From contig CAXMSE010000027.1 in assembly GCA_964196195.1 (NCBI GenBank), positions 20,775 through 84,774 on the forward strand: 64,000 nucleotides of DNA, read 5' to 3'. Of the stretch, positions 38,173 through 48,200 are shown piece by piece (the stretch's first letter is position 1; the number at the start of each line of letters is the position of its first letter). Source of the stretch: an uncultured Gammaproteobacteria bacterium (GTDB lineage Bacteria; Actinomycetota; Acidimicrobiia; Acidimicrobiales; Aldehydirespiratoraceae). The position numbers were made by a program, and so were the translations under genes. Under the pieces are notes generated by a model. It made no database searches, had not been told where the DNA came from, and saw nothing but the letters and a program-made list of their open reading frames with translations.

Positions 38173-38928
38173 ATGAACGAGATCACCCTCGAGGAAGCAG
38201 AGGCGATCATCGACGCCGCAGCGCGCGGTGATGTGGCCGACGTTCATACCCTGGTCGGCGAAACGCTCGCCGACCTCCATGCTCCGGCCACCGAGGTCGT
38301 TGATGGTGCGGCGCCGATCTTGATCAGCGCCGGCGGCGATGGCTTCACAGCTCGAATCGCACGGCGTACGGCCATCGCCGCGTCGGCCGCGGTGTTGGGT
38401 CTGGCCGGGGTGGCGGCGGCCACCACGGTGGGGTTCGAGCTGCTCGACACCGGCGGCGACGATGGTCCCGAGTTGATCGTCGAGGAGATCGCGCCCGATA
38501 TCGACACTGCTGCCATCACCGACTCCTCGGAGGGGTCCGAAGACGGCGCGGTCACACCGGAGGGCGATGATGCGCCGGCTGGTCGCGTCGAATCGATCGA
38601 AGGTGTCGATCCCACCGATGGGCTCGACGACGAAGAACTCGAGATCCTTTGCGACACCGCCACCAACCGCGGCGACATCGCATCGAAGGTGGCGAAGGAC
38701 AAGGTCACAGAGTCCGACGACAGTCCTGGCCGGCGGGTGGGCGAGGCTGCGAAGTCCGATTGTGGTGAAGGCGACGGGCCCGGTTCCCAACCAGCCGAAA
38801 CCGCCCCGGCTAGCGATGCCGACCCCGGGCTTATCGACGAGCCGGGCTCCCCGCGGCGCGGCCACGAAAAGGCCGACCCCCAGCCGAACGGCAGCGGCCG
38901 CGAGACCGCCCCGGGGCAGAACAGGTAG
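38173..38928 (+). CDS. putative anti-sigma factor (single-pass membrane protein)
   Basis: Immediately downstream of the ECF sigma gene. One TM helix (TAIAASAAVLGLAGVAAATTVGF) and an acidic extracytoplasmic region with 2 Cys. The assignment rests on position only. Confidence 0.45.
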   Translation: MNEITLEEAEAIIDAAARGDVADVHTLVGETLADLHAPATEVVDGAAPILISAGGDGFTARIARRTAIAASAAVLGLAGVAAATTVGFELLDTGGDDGPELIVEEIAPDIDTAAITDSSEGSEDGAVTPEGDDAPAGRVESIEGVDPTDGLDDEELEILCDTATNRGDIASKVAKDKVTESDDSPGRRVGEAAKSDCGEGDGPGSQPAETAPASDADPGLIDEPGSPRRGHEKADPQPNGSGRETAPGQNR

Positions 38929-38940
38929 ACGGCCCGGAGC

Positions 38941-40524
38941 TCAGTTCGTCCAGGCTTTCGCCGGGTTGTCGATTTCGGTGACCTCGTTGTCTTCGCTGAA
39001 GGCGACGAAGCGGTCGAAAGTGCGCAGGAACCAGCGGTCGTGGGTGACGCACACGACGGTGCCCTCGAACACTTCCAACCCTGCCTCCAGGGCTTCGGCC
39101 GACGCGACGTCGAGGTTGTCGGTCGGCTCGTCGAGCAGGAGCAGGTTGGCGCCGTCGATCTCGAGCAGCAGGATCTGGAATCGGGCCTGCTGGCCACCCG
39201 ACAGGGTGTCGAACGTTTGCTCCGCGGCACCCTGGAGCTCATAGCGGCGAAGGCGTGACATGGCCGGTCCCCGCATGATGTCGCGCTTGGCGAGGATGTC
39301 GAGCAGCACCTTGCCCTTGAGTTCGGGATGGTCGTGGGTCTGGTTGAAGAGGCCAGGCACCACCCGGGCACCGTGGCGCCATTCGCCCACATGGGCCACA
39401 TCGCCACCACCGAGGAGGCGCAGGAAGTGTGACTTGCCGGTGCCGTTGCGACCCACCACCGCCACCCGCTCGCCGAACCAGATCTCGAGATCGAAGGGGT
39501 AGGTGAGGTTGGTGAGTTCGAGCTGCTCGACGATGACGACGCGCTTACCGGTGCGCCCGCCTTCCAGGCGCATGTCGATGCGCTGCTCCTTGGCGAGTTC
39601 GGGCGGAGGGCCGGCTTCGTCGTAGTGGCGGAGGCGGGTCTCCGCGGCGCGCGCCCGGCTGGCGTTGGCGTCGCTCATCGCGGCTCGACGCTTCTGTTCG
39701 CGCATGTGGGCGACGAGGCGCTTGCGTTCATCAGCCCAGCGTCGTTGTTCGTCGCTGATGAGGGCGATGCGGTGTTCACGGGCCTCCCGCCAGGTGGCGA
39801 ACGACCCGCCATGGGTCCACGCGCTTTTGGCTTCCAGGGCCACGACCTTGGTTGATGTTTCGGCCAGGAGTTCGCGGTCGTGGCTCACGTAGAGAATCGT
39901 TTTGGGTGAGGCCTGAAGGCGCTGCGACAACCATTCCTTACCGGGCACGTCGAGAAAGTTGTCGGGCTCATCGAGCAGGAGCACTTCGTGCTCGGATCGA
40001 AGCAGCAGTTCGAGGGCCATGCGCTTTTGCTCACCGCCGGAGAAGGTCGACATCGATCGGGATTCGATCTCGCGCCAGGGGAGGTCGACCACCCGGTGAG
40101 CGCATTCTTCCCACAGCACCTCATGGTCGTAGCCGCCGGCGCTTTCCCAGTGCTCCAGGGCCGCGGCGTATTTCATGCCGTCGTCGGATCCTTCGGCCAT
40201 GCGGGCCTCGGCTCTGGTGAGTCGATCGGCGGCTTCACGGATGGTGGGGTTGGCGAGAGAGAGGTACAGGTCACGAACCGTGGTGGAGCTGTCGAGCGAG
40301 CCCACCAGCTGGGTCATCACGCCGAGCGAGCCCTGTACCGAGATCGTGCCCGTCTCGGCGGTGGCCGTGCCGGCGAGGAGGCGCATCATGGTGGTCTTGC
40401 CGGCCCCGTTGGCACCGACGAGGGCCACATGGTCGCCCTCTCCCACGCGGAACGACACATCGTCGAGAAGGGTCTGGCCGCCGGGTATCGACCATCCGAG
40501 ATGGCTGACCTGGATGGATCCCAC
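38941..40524 (-). CDS. ABC-F family ATPase (two ABC cassettes, no TM domain)
   Basis: Walker A motifs GANGAGKTT and GRNGTGKSH. Signature motifs FSGGEQKR and LSGGQQAR. An inter-domain linker rich in R/E/A. Confidence 0.9.
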   Translation of the reverse strand: MGSIQVSHLGWSIPGGQTLLDDVSFRVGEGDHVALVGANGAGKTTMMRLLAGTATAETGTISVQGSLGVMTQLVGSLDSSTTVRDLYLSLANPTIREAADRLTRAEARMAEGSDDGMKYAAALEHWESAGGYDHEVLWEECAHRVVDLPWREIESRSMSTFSGGEQKRMALELLLRSEHEVLLLDEPDNFLDVPGKEWLSQRLQASPKTILYVSHDRELLAETSTKVVALEAKSAWTHGGSFATWREAREHRIALISDEQRRWADERKRLVAHMREQKRRAAMSDANASRARAAETRLRHYDEAGPPPELAKEQRIDMRLEGGRTGKRVVIVEQLELTNLTYPFDLEIWFGERVAVVGRNGTGKSHFLRLLGGGDVAHVGEWRHGARVVPGLFNQTHDHPELKGKVLLDILAKRDIMRGPAMSRLRRYELQGAAEQTFDTLSGGQQARFQILLLEIDGANLLLLDEPTDNLDVASAEALEAGLEVFEGTVVCVTHDRWFLRTFDRFVAFSEDNEVTEIDNPAKAWTN

Positions 40525-40550
40525 CCCGCCAAGCTAGTGGCCGGGCCGGA

Positions 40551-43500
40551 TCAACCCTCGATGAATAATGTTGCCGCGGGTCGATCGGTTCCGCCGATAC
40601 TGCAGCCGAGGACGATCACCTCGTGGGGAGGGACGAGGCGTAGCCCGACGAGCCCGGCTTCCTCCGGCCCATAGAACCAAAGGCCGATCGGTAGATCGTC
40701 ATCGACGAGCCAGACGGCGACCTCGACATCGGACTCGCGAACCACGTCGATGAGGACTTTCGAACCGGCGGGAACCCTGGTTGCACCGTCATAGCTGCAG
40801 CCGGCTCCGGCGCCGATCGTGAGAGTCCCGGTGATCGCTGCGTCGTCTTCCAACACCACATCTAGTTCGGTCGCGACCACACGCGTCGCCTCATCACCGT
40901 TACACCAGAGCGTCCACGTGCCGCCGGTGGTGACATTCACCGAGCCCGCGTTGGCACGGCCGGGCCGGGCCGGCACGGCAAGAACGACGTTGCCTTCGCC
41001 CGAGGATCCCGAGGACACCGCCACGACGCCGTCACCATCTGACTGATTCTCGAAATTGATTCGCAGCACGTCGCCCAATCCCACCGCTGGGACCTCGGAT
41101 CCGACCGTGCACGTGGTGCCGTCCCAGCTGACTGCAACCGTCGTGTCGGCGGGAGGGTGGATCGTCGCCGCGGCATCGGGGATGTGGGGCACGACAATGG
41201 AGCCGTCGACTACCTTGGCGCTGAGTTCGTCGAGCCTCTCGATGATGTCATCGGTGAGATTGTCACCGGATGTGGAGTATCCGACGGCCCCGTCGCTCAA
41301 CCCGAGCGAGATCACTCCGGGCTCCAGGTCACCGGACGTGAAACGGTCGATCCCTACCCGCAGGGCGAAGTCGTTGCGCTTGATCATCGAGGTGAGGACG
41401 TGGTCGCGGACGCCTCCTCCCACTGCGAGCCATTGATCGGTGTCCACGCCGATTACCCACCGCGTCGGGCCTCCGGACTCGGTGATCTCGTCGGCGACCG
41501 CGGGGATGAGGTCGCCCGATTCGCCGGCCGCGTGGAACACCACATCGGCGCCCGCGTTGTAGAGAGCCCGGGCACCCTCAGCCCCCTGCTTCGGACGGGT
41601 AAAGACAGAGACGCCCCCGCCGTCGCCGACGAGGAACAACGACACGATCTCGATGTTGGGGTTGACGTGGCGGGCTCCGGCTTCGTAGCCGGCGCGGAAC
41701 GGATCGATTATCTCCTGGCGCCCCCCGAGGAATCCGATGATGTCGGTCTCGGTGGTGAGGGCCGCGGCCGCGCCGGCCAGGAAGGATCCGTCGGCGGCAT
41801 CGATCGTGATCGTCGTGAGGTTGTCGATACCGAAGTCGGCGGGGAAGTTGTGGAAGGCCACGAACCAGGTGTCGGGATGATCGATCGCGATCTCCGGTAT
41901 GGCACCCCCCACGTCTTGACTCGAGACGATCAGATCGGGACCGGTAGCGGCCAGCGCTTCGATCTCCTCCGCCGGATCGCTGACCGGCTCCAGGAGCACG
42001 GCGTCGAAGTCGAGCTCCAGTTGCGCTTGCGCCCAACCCGCTCGCATCTGCACCTCGATGGCAGCGTCGGGGCCGAACGGTGACGCCGCGTAGGCGATTC
42101 GGGGACGCGGGTCTTCACCCCCGAACAGCCAGGCCGCCGCGCCGCCGCCTATCAGCGCGACGACGACCACAACCAGTCCGTAGGTCCGGCGCCGCACCCG
42201 ACCGGCCATCGCCTGTTCTCGTCCGGTGCGCTCGGCTTCGTCGCGGTCGGCATCGTCGCGGGCCGCCGTCGACTCCCGGATGAAGGTCTGTTCGGTGGCG
42301 GAAAGTTCGAGGGTGGCGGTGTCGGCCCAGGTCTCGTAGTCGACTAGGCGCTGGCCGACGAGCAGATAGTCGGGGTTGCGGTCGGCTGTGTTCCACTCGT
42401 TCATGGCGGCAACGAGGGTGGAGTGGCGGACGATGTCGCTGCCGGCCTCGTCGATCCACCCTCGCAGACGGGGCCATTCGGTGAGAAGGGCCTCGTGGGC
42501 CACCTCGACGGTGGGGGAGCCGGTGACCTGATCGCGATCGAAGGCGAGCAGGCGTTGGGTACCGAACACCTCGATCGCCCTTTGGGTGGCGACGAGGTCG
42601 CCCGGCATCGAGGTGAGTTCGGAGGCCAGAACCCGCCGCCGACTCCAGTCGCGTTCACCGCTGATCGTGACGAGGCGTAAGACGAGCTGGCGTGCGGCTA
42701 TCTGTTCGTCGTCGCCCAGCTCGGCCCACAGGTCCTCGGCCCGTTGAGCGAGGGCGCCGCGAATGCCCCCCATCGCGGTGTAGGCGTCGAGGGTCACGAC
42801 GTCGCCCTCTCGGCGGTCGAACAGCATCGTGAGCGTGTACTGGAAGAGGGGTAGGGCGCCGGGCTGGCCGATCACATCGGTGAGCAGGGTGGCAAGAAGA
42901 GTGGGCTCCATCGCCACGCCGGCTCGCCGCATCGGCTCGGCCACGGCTGTCTCGAGTTCATCGGTCGACAGTGTCGAGACATTGACTATTCCGTCGCCGA
43001 GACGCTGGGCCAGGTCGGGGTAGCGCAGAGGTCGCTCATAGAAGTCGGCTCTGAGTGTGAGCATCACCATCACCCGCCCGCGAGGGTCGTCGAGGGCAGG
43101 GCCGAGCAGGTCGATGAACGCCTGTCGTTCGCTCTCGGCCTCCACCAGGGTGAACAGCTCCTCGAACTGGTCGATCACCAGCAAGAGGCGGCCCCGGTCC
43201 GGAATCACTCGGAGCGCTGCTCGCAGCAGGCCGTCGTCGGGCTCCGCGAGTTGCTGCTTGAGCGAGTCGGGGGCATCGAGGGTCGATCGCAGCAGAGCCG
43301 CCTCCAACTCGATGAGAGGATGGGCGCCGGGAGTCATCTGAGCGACGAGCCACAGGTCGGAGTCGGTGATGGCCGCCTTGCGGATGGCAGGCACCACCCC
43401 GGCCCGTACGGCACTCGACTTGCCCGAACCGCTGGCCCCGACGAGGGCAACCAAGCGGTCGCCTCGATCGAGGCGGCGGACCACGTCGGACACGAGGTGG

Positions 43501-44360
43501 TCGCGGCCGAAGAAGTCGTCTGCGTCGTCCTCCCCGAACGAGCGCAAGCCCTTGAACGGGTTGTGGCGGACGGTGTCGCCCAATGTGGCTTCGCGCCGTC
43601 GATCCCCGATCACCGGATCATGGAGGAGGATCTGTTCTTCGAGGCGACGGAGTTCGGGCGACGGCTCGATGCCGAGGTCTTCGCCCATCGTTCGGCGCTG
43701 GCGATCGAAGGCCCGGAGCGCGTCGGCCGCTCGGCCCGACTGGTAGAGAGAGCGCATTAGAAGGGCGACGAAACGCTCCCGGTAGGGGTTCTGGGCCGCC
43801 AGCGTCTCCAGGGTGCCGATCTGTTCGCGGCCCCGGCCCTGGCGTAGCTCGGCATCGGCTCGGATCTCGAGGGCTTCGAGGCGCAGCTCCTCTATGCGGG
43901 GTACTTCGAGGCGGGCGAACTCTTCGTCGTGGAACTCGCCACATGGTTGGCCTCGCCAGTGCGAGAGCATTTCGTCGACGTGGGCGGTGACCGCGCCGGG
44001 GTCGCTCTGGAGCAGCTGTCGTGCCTCTTGGAGATCGGCCTCGAAGCGGTTGAGATCGATCGAGGAAGGATCGAGCTGGAGGAGGTAGCCGTGGTCGCGG
44101 GTGAGGAGCACGCTGCTCTCGCCGTGGCCGTCTCGATCGGGCTCGAGTGCGGATCGCAGGCGGGAAATCACCGTCCAGAGAGCCCGCTCCTTGTCGCCGG
44201 CATCATCGCCCCAGAGTTCCTCCAGGATCCGGTTGGTGGTCACCACCCGATTGGCGTGGAGCAGGAGCAGACACAGCAGTGCCCGCTGCTTTCTGGGGCC
44301 GAGATCGATCGGCTCACCCTCGTCGACCACCTCCAGTGGTCCGAGAAGTCGAAACTCCAT
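40551..44360 (-). CDS. membrane-spanning SARP (OmpR-type wHTH + BTAD) / STAND NTPase / BMP-PnrA-like sensor fusion regulator
   Basis: From the N-terminus: MEFRLLGPLEV.. wHTH plus BTAD (aa ~1-260). Then NPFKGLRSFGEDDADDFFGRD with Walker A GASGSGKS and Walker B LLLVIDQFEE. A basic stretch is followed by the TM helix YGLVVVVVALIGGGAAAWLF. BMP-family motifs follow (DGSFLAGAAAA, FRAGYEAGARHVNPNIEI, GADVVFHAAGESG, VIGVDTDQ, VLTSMIKR), then ~200 aa rich in beta strands. Confidence 0.85.
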   Translation of the reverse strand: MEFRLLGPLEVVDEGEPIDLGPRKQRALLCLLLLHANRVVTTNRILEELWGDDAGDKERALWTVISRLRSALEPDRDGHGESSVLLTRDHGYLLQLDPSSIDLNRFEADLQEARQLLQSDPGAVTAHVDEMLSHWRGQPCGEFHDEEFARLEVPRIEELRLEALEIRADAELRQGRGREQIGTLETLAAQNPYRERFVALLMRSLYQSGRAADALRAFDRQRRTMGEDLGIEPSPELRRLEEQILLHDPVIGDRRREATLGDTVRHNPFKGLRSFGEDDADDFFGRDHLVSDVVRRLDRGDRLVALVGASGSGKSSAVRAGVVPAIRKAAITDSDLWLVAQMTPGAHPLIELEAALLRSTLDAPDSLKQQLAEPDDGLLRAALRVIPDRGRLLLVIDQFEELFTLVEAESERQAFIDLLGPALDDPRGRVMVMLTLRADFYERPLRYPDLAQRLGDGIVNVSTLSTDELETAVAEPMRRAGVAMEPTLLATLLTDVIGQPGALPLFQYTLTMLFDRREGDVVTLDAYTAMGGIRGALAQRAEDLWAELGDDEQIAARQLVLRLVTISGERDWSRRRVLASELTSMPGDLVATQRAIEVFGTQRLLAFDRDQVTGSPTVEVAHEALLTEWPRLRGWIDEAGSDIVRHSTLVAAMNEWNTADRNPDYLLVGQRLVDYETWADTATLELSATEQTFIRESTAARDDADRDEAERTGREQAMAGRVRRRTYGLVVVVVALIGGGAAAWLFGGEDPRPRIAYAASPFGPDAAIEVQMRAGWAQAQLELDFDAVLLEPVSDPAEEIEALAATGPDLIVSSQDVGGAIPEIAIDHPDTWFVAFHNFPADFGIDNLTTITIDAADGSFLAGAAAALTTETDIIGFLGGRQEIIDPFRAGYEAGARHVNPNIEIVSLFLVGDGGGVSVFTRPKQGAEGARALYNAGADVVFHAAGESGDLIPAVADEITESGGPTRWVIGVDTDQWLAVGGGVRDHVLTSMIKRNDFALRVGIDRFTSGDLEPGVISLGLSDGAVGYSTSGDNLTDDIIERLDELSAKVVDGSIVVPHIPDAAATIHPPADTTVAVSWDGTTCTVGSEVPAVGLGDVLRINFENQSDGDGVVAVSSGSSGEGNVVLAVPARPGRANAGSVNVTTGGTWTLWCNGDEATRVVATELDVVLEDDAAITGTLTIGAGAGCSYDGATRVPAGSKVLIDVVRESDVEVAVWLVDDDLPIGLWFYGPEEAGLVGLRLVPPHEVIVLGCSIGGTDRPAATLFIEG

Positions 44361-44431
44361 GCCTTGCGATCCCCTCATTACCTGATTGTAGTTCTCCGGC
44401 CCGGATCCGGCTCTGGTGACCGTGATCAGGC

Positions 44432-44460
44432 GACCTTTCAGCCAACTTGCAGGACCTTTC
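44432..44460. promoter_or_regulatory. direct repeat GACCTTTC x2 (21-nt period) in the divergent promoter region, candidate SARP box
   Basis: GACCTTTC occurs at 44432-44439 and 44453-44460. A 7-bp inverted repeat AACTTGC/GCAAGTT lies at 44444-44450 and 44479-44485. Confidence 0.25.
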
Positions 44461-44527
44461 TTCTTGGAGGACAGAACCGCAAGTTCCCTATAGGCGGGGG
44501 GAAAGGTGAATTTCGGACGGTGTCTGC

Positions 44528-45199
44528 ATGCACCGAATCCTCATCCCAGTCATCGCCGCAGCTTCGATCCTCGTCGGCCTCTATCCCGCACCGCTCCAGG
44601 CCTCTTCGAATCCCCGGCCCGTCACCACCCTTGCCCCGGTGATCACCTTCGGGGGCGGCTCGTCGGCGCAGCAGCAGGCGGTCCTCGTTGCCGTCGACCG
44701 GTTCGCCTCGGTTTCGATGGAACTTCCCGACCTCGACATTCGGATCCACGACGACTTCACCGGTTGTGCCGGCCATCACGGCTTGTACCACCGGGAAGGC
44801 GATGTTGCGGTGATCGATCTCTGCTCAGACCGCGAGATCCTCCTGTTCCACGAGATCGGCCACGCCTGGGAGCAGTTCACGCTCGCTGACGACGATCGAG
44901 ACGCCTTCCTTGAGCGGACTGGAGCCGAGTCGTGGAGCGATCAGGCCATCGCTCACCACTTGAGGGGTGCCGAGATCGCCGCCGACAGCATCGCCTACGC
45001 ACTCATCCAGCGTCCCGGTGTTGCTCTCCAGGCCCGGCCCCTGGATCTGTTCGAAGCTCTCGTCGGCAGCGAGGCGCCGAGGGTCGCAGAGCTCGAGGTA
45101 GAAGCGGCTGAGAGTGCCAACACCGCCGACCACGCCATGGATGAGGATCAGCTCTCGGCCCAGGCTGCCTACGCCGCCTGGCAGGCCGACCAGGGCTAG
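44528..45199 (+). CDS. secreted HExxH-motif protein (putative zinc-dependent peptidase-like)
   Basis: Signal peptide MHRILIPVIAAASILVGLYPAPLQA. LLFHEIGHAWE motif. Confidence 0.6.
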   Translation: MHRILIPVIAAASILVGLYPAPLQASSNPRPVTTLAPVITFGGGSSAQQQAVLVAVDRFASVSMELPDLDIRIHDDFTGCAGHHGLYHREGDVAVIDLCSDREILLFHEIGHAWEQFTLADDDRDAFLERTGAESWSDQAIAHHLRGAEIAADSIAYALIQRPGVALQARPLDLFEALVGSEAPRVAELEVEAAESANTADHAMDEDQLSAQAAYAAWQADQG

Positions 45200-45267
45200 T
45201 CGAGGCGTGACGCCAATTAGGGCCCGCATCCGGTCGCGGTGTCGTCGAACGAGTAGCGTCCTGCGAG

Positions 45268-48200
45268 ATGGTTGATCTCAATATGGGAGACCGGGCGACC
45301 GCGGAGGTCATCGACCGCGTTGTCGCCTATGGCAGCGATGTCGCCGGGCCTGGCTCGAACGTGGACGAAGCATTTCTGCGGTGCTACTTCGCTCACGTGG
45401 GCGGTGCCGACCTGCTCGATCGTCGCATCGAAGATCTGTTCGGGCGGGCAGCCGAACATGCTCGCCTCGGTATGGAATGGGAGTCGGGCTCGCCGACTGT
45501 TGTTCTCCAGAACCCGAAGATCGATGTCGACGGGTGGGAGAGCGATCACACCATCGTGATGCTCGTCACCGACGACCTTCCTTTCCTCGTCGATTCGGTC
45601 ACCATGGAGCTGAGCCGGCTCCAACTCGGGATTCATCTGGCGATCCATCCGATCCTCATCGATCTGCGCTCCGAGGATGGAGCCTTCGCCGACCCCCGCG
45701 ATCATCACGACAGTGAGGCGGGCCAGGCCTCTTTCATCTCGATCGAAGTTGATCGTCAGACCGATCCAGATCAGATCCAGGCAATCGAGGACAACCTGCG
45801 TCGGGTGCTGGGCGATGTGAGGGCCGCGGTCGAGGACTGGTCGGTGATGCGGCAGAAAATGCGCGACATTGCCAACGCGCTGATCGACGAAGCTCTGCCG
45901 ATCCCGGATGCAGAGGTGGAAGAGGCCCACGAGCTGTTGAGCTGGCTGGCTGAGAACAACTTTGTATTCCTCGGCTACCGCGAATACAGCCTTGCCGACG
46001 ACCACCTCATCGCCTATCCCTCATCCGGACTCGGGATCTTGAGGTCGAAGAATGGAGAAGAAGCGCGCGGTCGCCCGCTCAGCGAGATGGCACCGGCGGT
46101 ACAGGCCCGCGCCACCGCGGCGGTGCTGCTCAACATCACCAAGGCCACCTCCAAGTCCACCATCCACCGAGCCGTTCATCTCGACTATGTCGGCGTGAAG
46201 ACTTTCAATGCGGCCGGTGAGGTCAACGGCGAGCGCCGTTTCCTCGGTCTCTACACGATCGAGGCCTACTCCCAGTCGGTCACACGTGTGCCCCGCCTGC
46301 GGCGCTTGGCGAGTGAGGTGCTCGAGCGAGCCGGCTACCCACCCGGTGGCCACGACGAGAAGGCGCTTCGAGCCATTCTGGAGGCCTACCCGCGCGACGA
46401 GTTGTTCCAGATCGAAACCGACGAATTGTTCGAAATAGCGATGGGGATCGCGGCCTTGCAGGAGCGGCGTCGGGTTCGAGTCTTCGCTCGATCAGAGCTC
46501 TTCGGCCGGTTCGTGACGGTGATGGTCTACATGCCGCGCGATCGCTACAACACGGTGGCCCGCACGGGAATTCAGGATCTGCTGCTCGAGGCCTACGGAG
46601 GATCGAGTGCCGATTGGACTACAGACATATCGCAGAGCGTGCTGTCGAGGACCCTCTTTCATCTCCGGGTCGACAGTGGCCACGTTGCCGTGGTCGACGT
46701 GCCCGCCCTCGAGGCACGAATCGAGGCCTTGCTGCGCGACTGGCTCGACGACTTCGTGGCGGAGTTGGTGCATGAGGAAGGCGAGCACATCGGTGTCGGA
46801 CTCGGTCGCACTTACGCAAAGGCCTTCTCCCAGGATTATCAGGGCGCGTTCTCGCCGCGTATCGCTATCGCCGACGTCCAGCAGATGGAGGGTCTGGGCG
46901 ACAACGGCCAGTTGAGTCTCAACGTCTATCGCGAGCCGGGCCAGCCCAGGAATGCCTTCAAACTGAAGCTCTACCGGCGCGGCGAGCGGGTATCGCTCAC
47001 CGCGGTCATGCCCACTCTCTCCAACCTCGGCGTGGAGGTCGTGGACGAGCGGCCCTACGAGGTGCACCCCGAGGGGCAGGAGTCGATCTGGATCTACGAC
47101 TTCTGGCTCGAGTATCCCGATCTCCAGCTCGACTTCGGCGAGGTAGCGGAGCTGATCGAACAGACTTTCGACGCGGTCTGGTGCGGCGATGTCTCCAACG
47201 ATGGTCTCAACCGGCTTGTGCTTAGCGCGGGGATGGGCCCACGAGAAGTGGGGATCCTGCGGGCCTACGCCCGGTATCTGCATCAGGCCCGGCTGGGTTA
47301 CACGCGCCACTTCGTCGAGAACACCTTTGTCGACCACGCCGATGCGGCACGACTCCTGGTGGAGCTCTTCGGCGCCCGATTCGATCCCGACCGAGACGAC
47401 CGCGAGATTGCCGCGGCCGCGATCACCGAAGAGTTCTTCGCCCAGGTGGAAAACGTCACAAGTCTTGATCAGGATCGCCTGCTGCGTCGATTCCACAATC
47501 TGATCGCCGGCACCCTTCGCACCAACTGCTTCCAACTCCACGACCGCGACAACGGTGAGACACCTCCCTACCTGGCGTTCAAGCTCGACCCGAAGTCCAT
47601 CGACGATCTGCCTGAGCCCCGACCCCAGTATGAGATCTACGTCTATTCGCCGAGATTCGAAGGCGTGCACCTGAGGTCTGGCGCCGTGGCGCGCGGTGGG
47701 CTGCGTTGGTCGGACCGGCTGGAGGATTACCGCACCGAAGTCCTTGGTCTGGCGAAAGCCCAGATGGTGAAGAACGCGGTGATCGTGCCCTCCGGCGCCA
47801 AGGGCGGCTTCGTGCTGAAACGTCCGCCCACCGACGGCGATCCCGCCTCACTGCGCGAAGAGGTGGTGGTGTGTTACCAGTTGTTCGTGTCAGCCCTGCT
47901 CGACATCACCGACAATCTGGTCGGCACCGAAGTCGTTGCCCCGGCCCGCACCGTTCGCTACGACGGCGACGACACCTATCTGGTGGTTGCCGCCGACAAG
48001 GGCACCGCCACCTTCTCCGACATCGCCAACGAGCTGGCCATGAGCCGTTCGATGTGGCTCGGCGATGCGTTCGCGTCGGGAGGGTCGCACGGCTACGACC
48101 ACAAGGCGATGGGCATCACCGCCCGCGGTGGCTGGGAGTCGGTGAAGAGGCATTTCCGCGAGCTCGGCCGCAATATCCAGACCGATCCATTCACCGCGGT

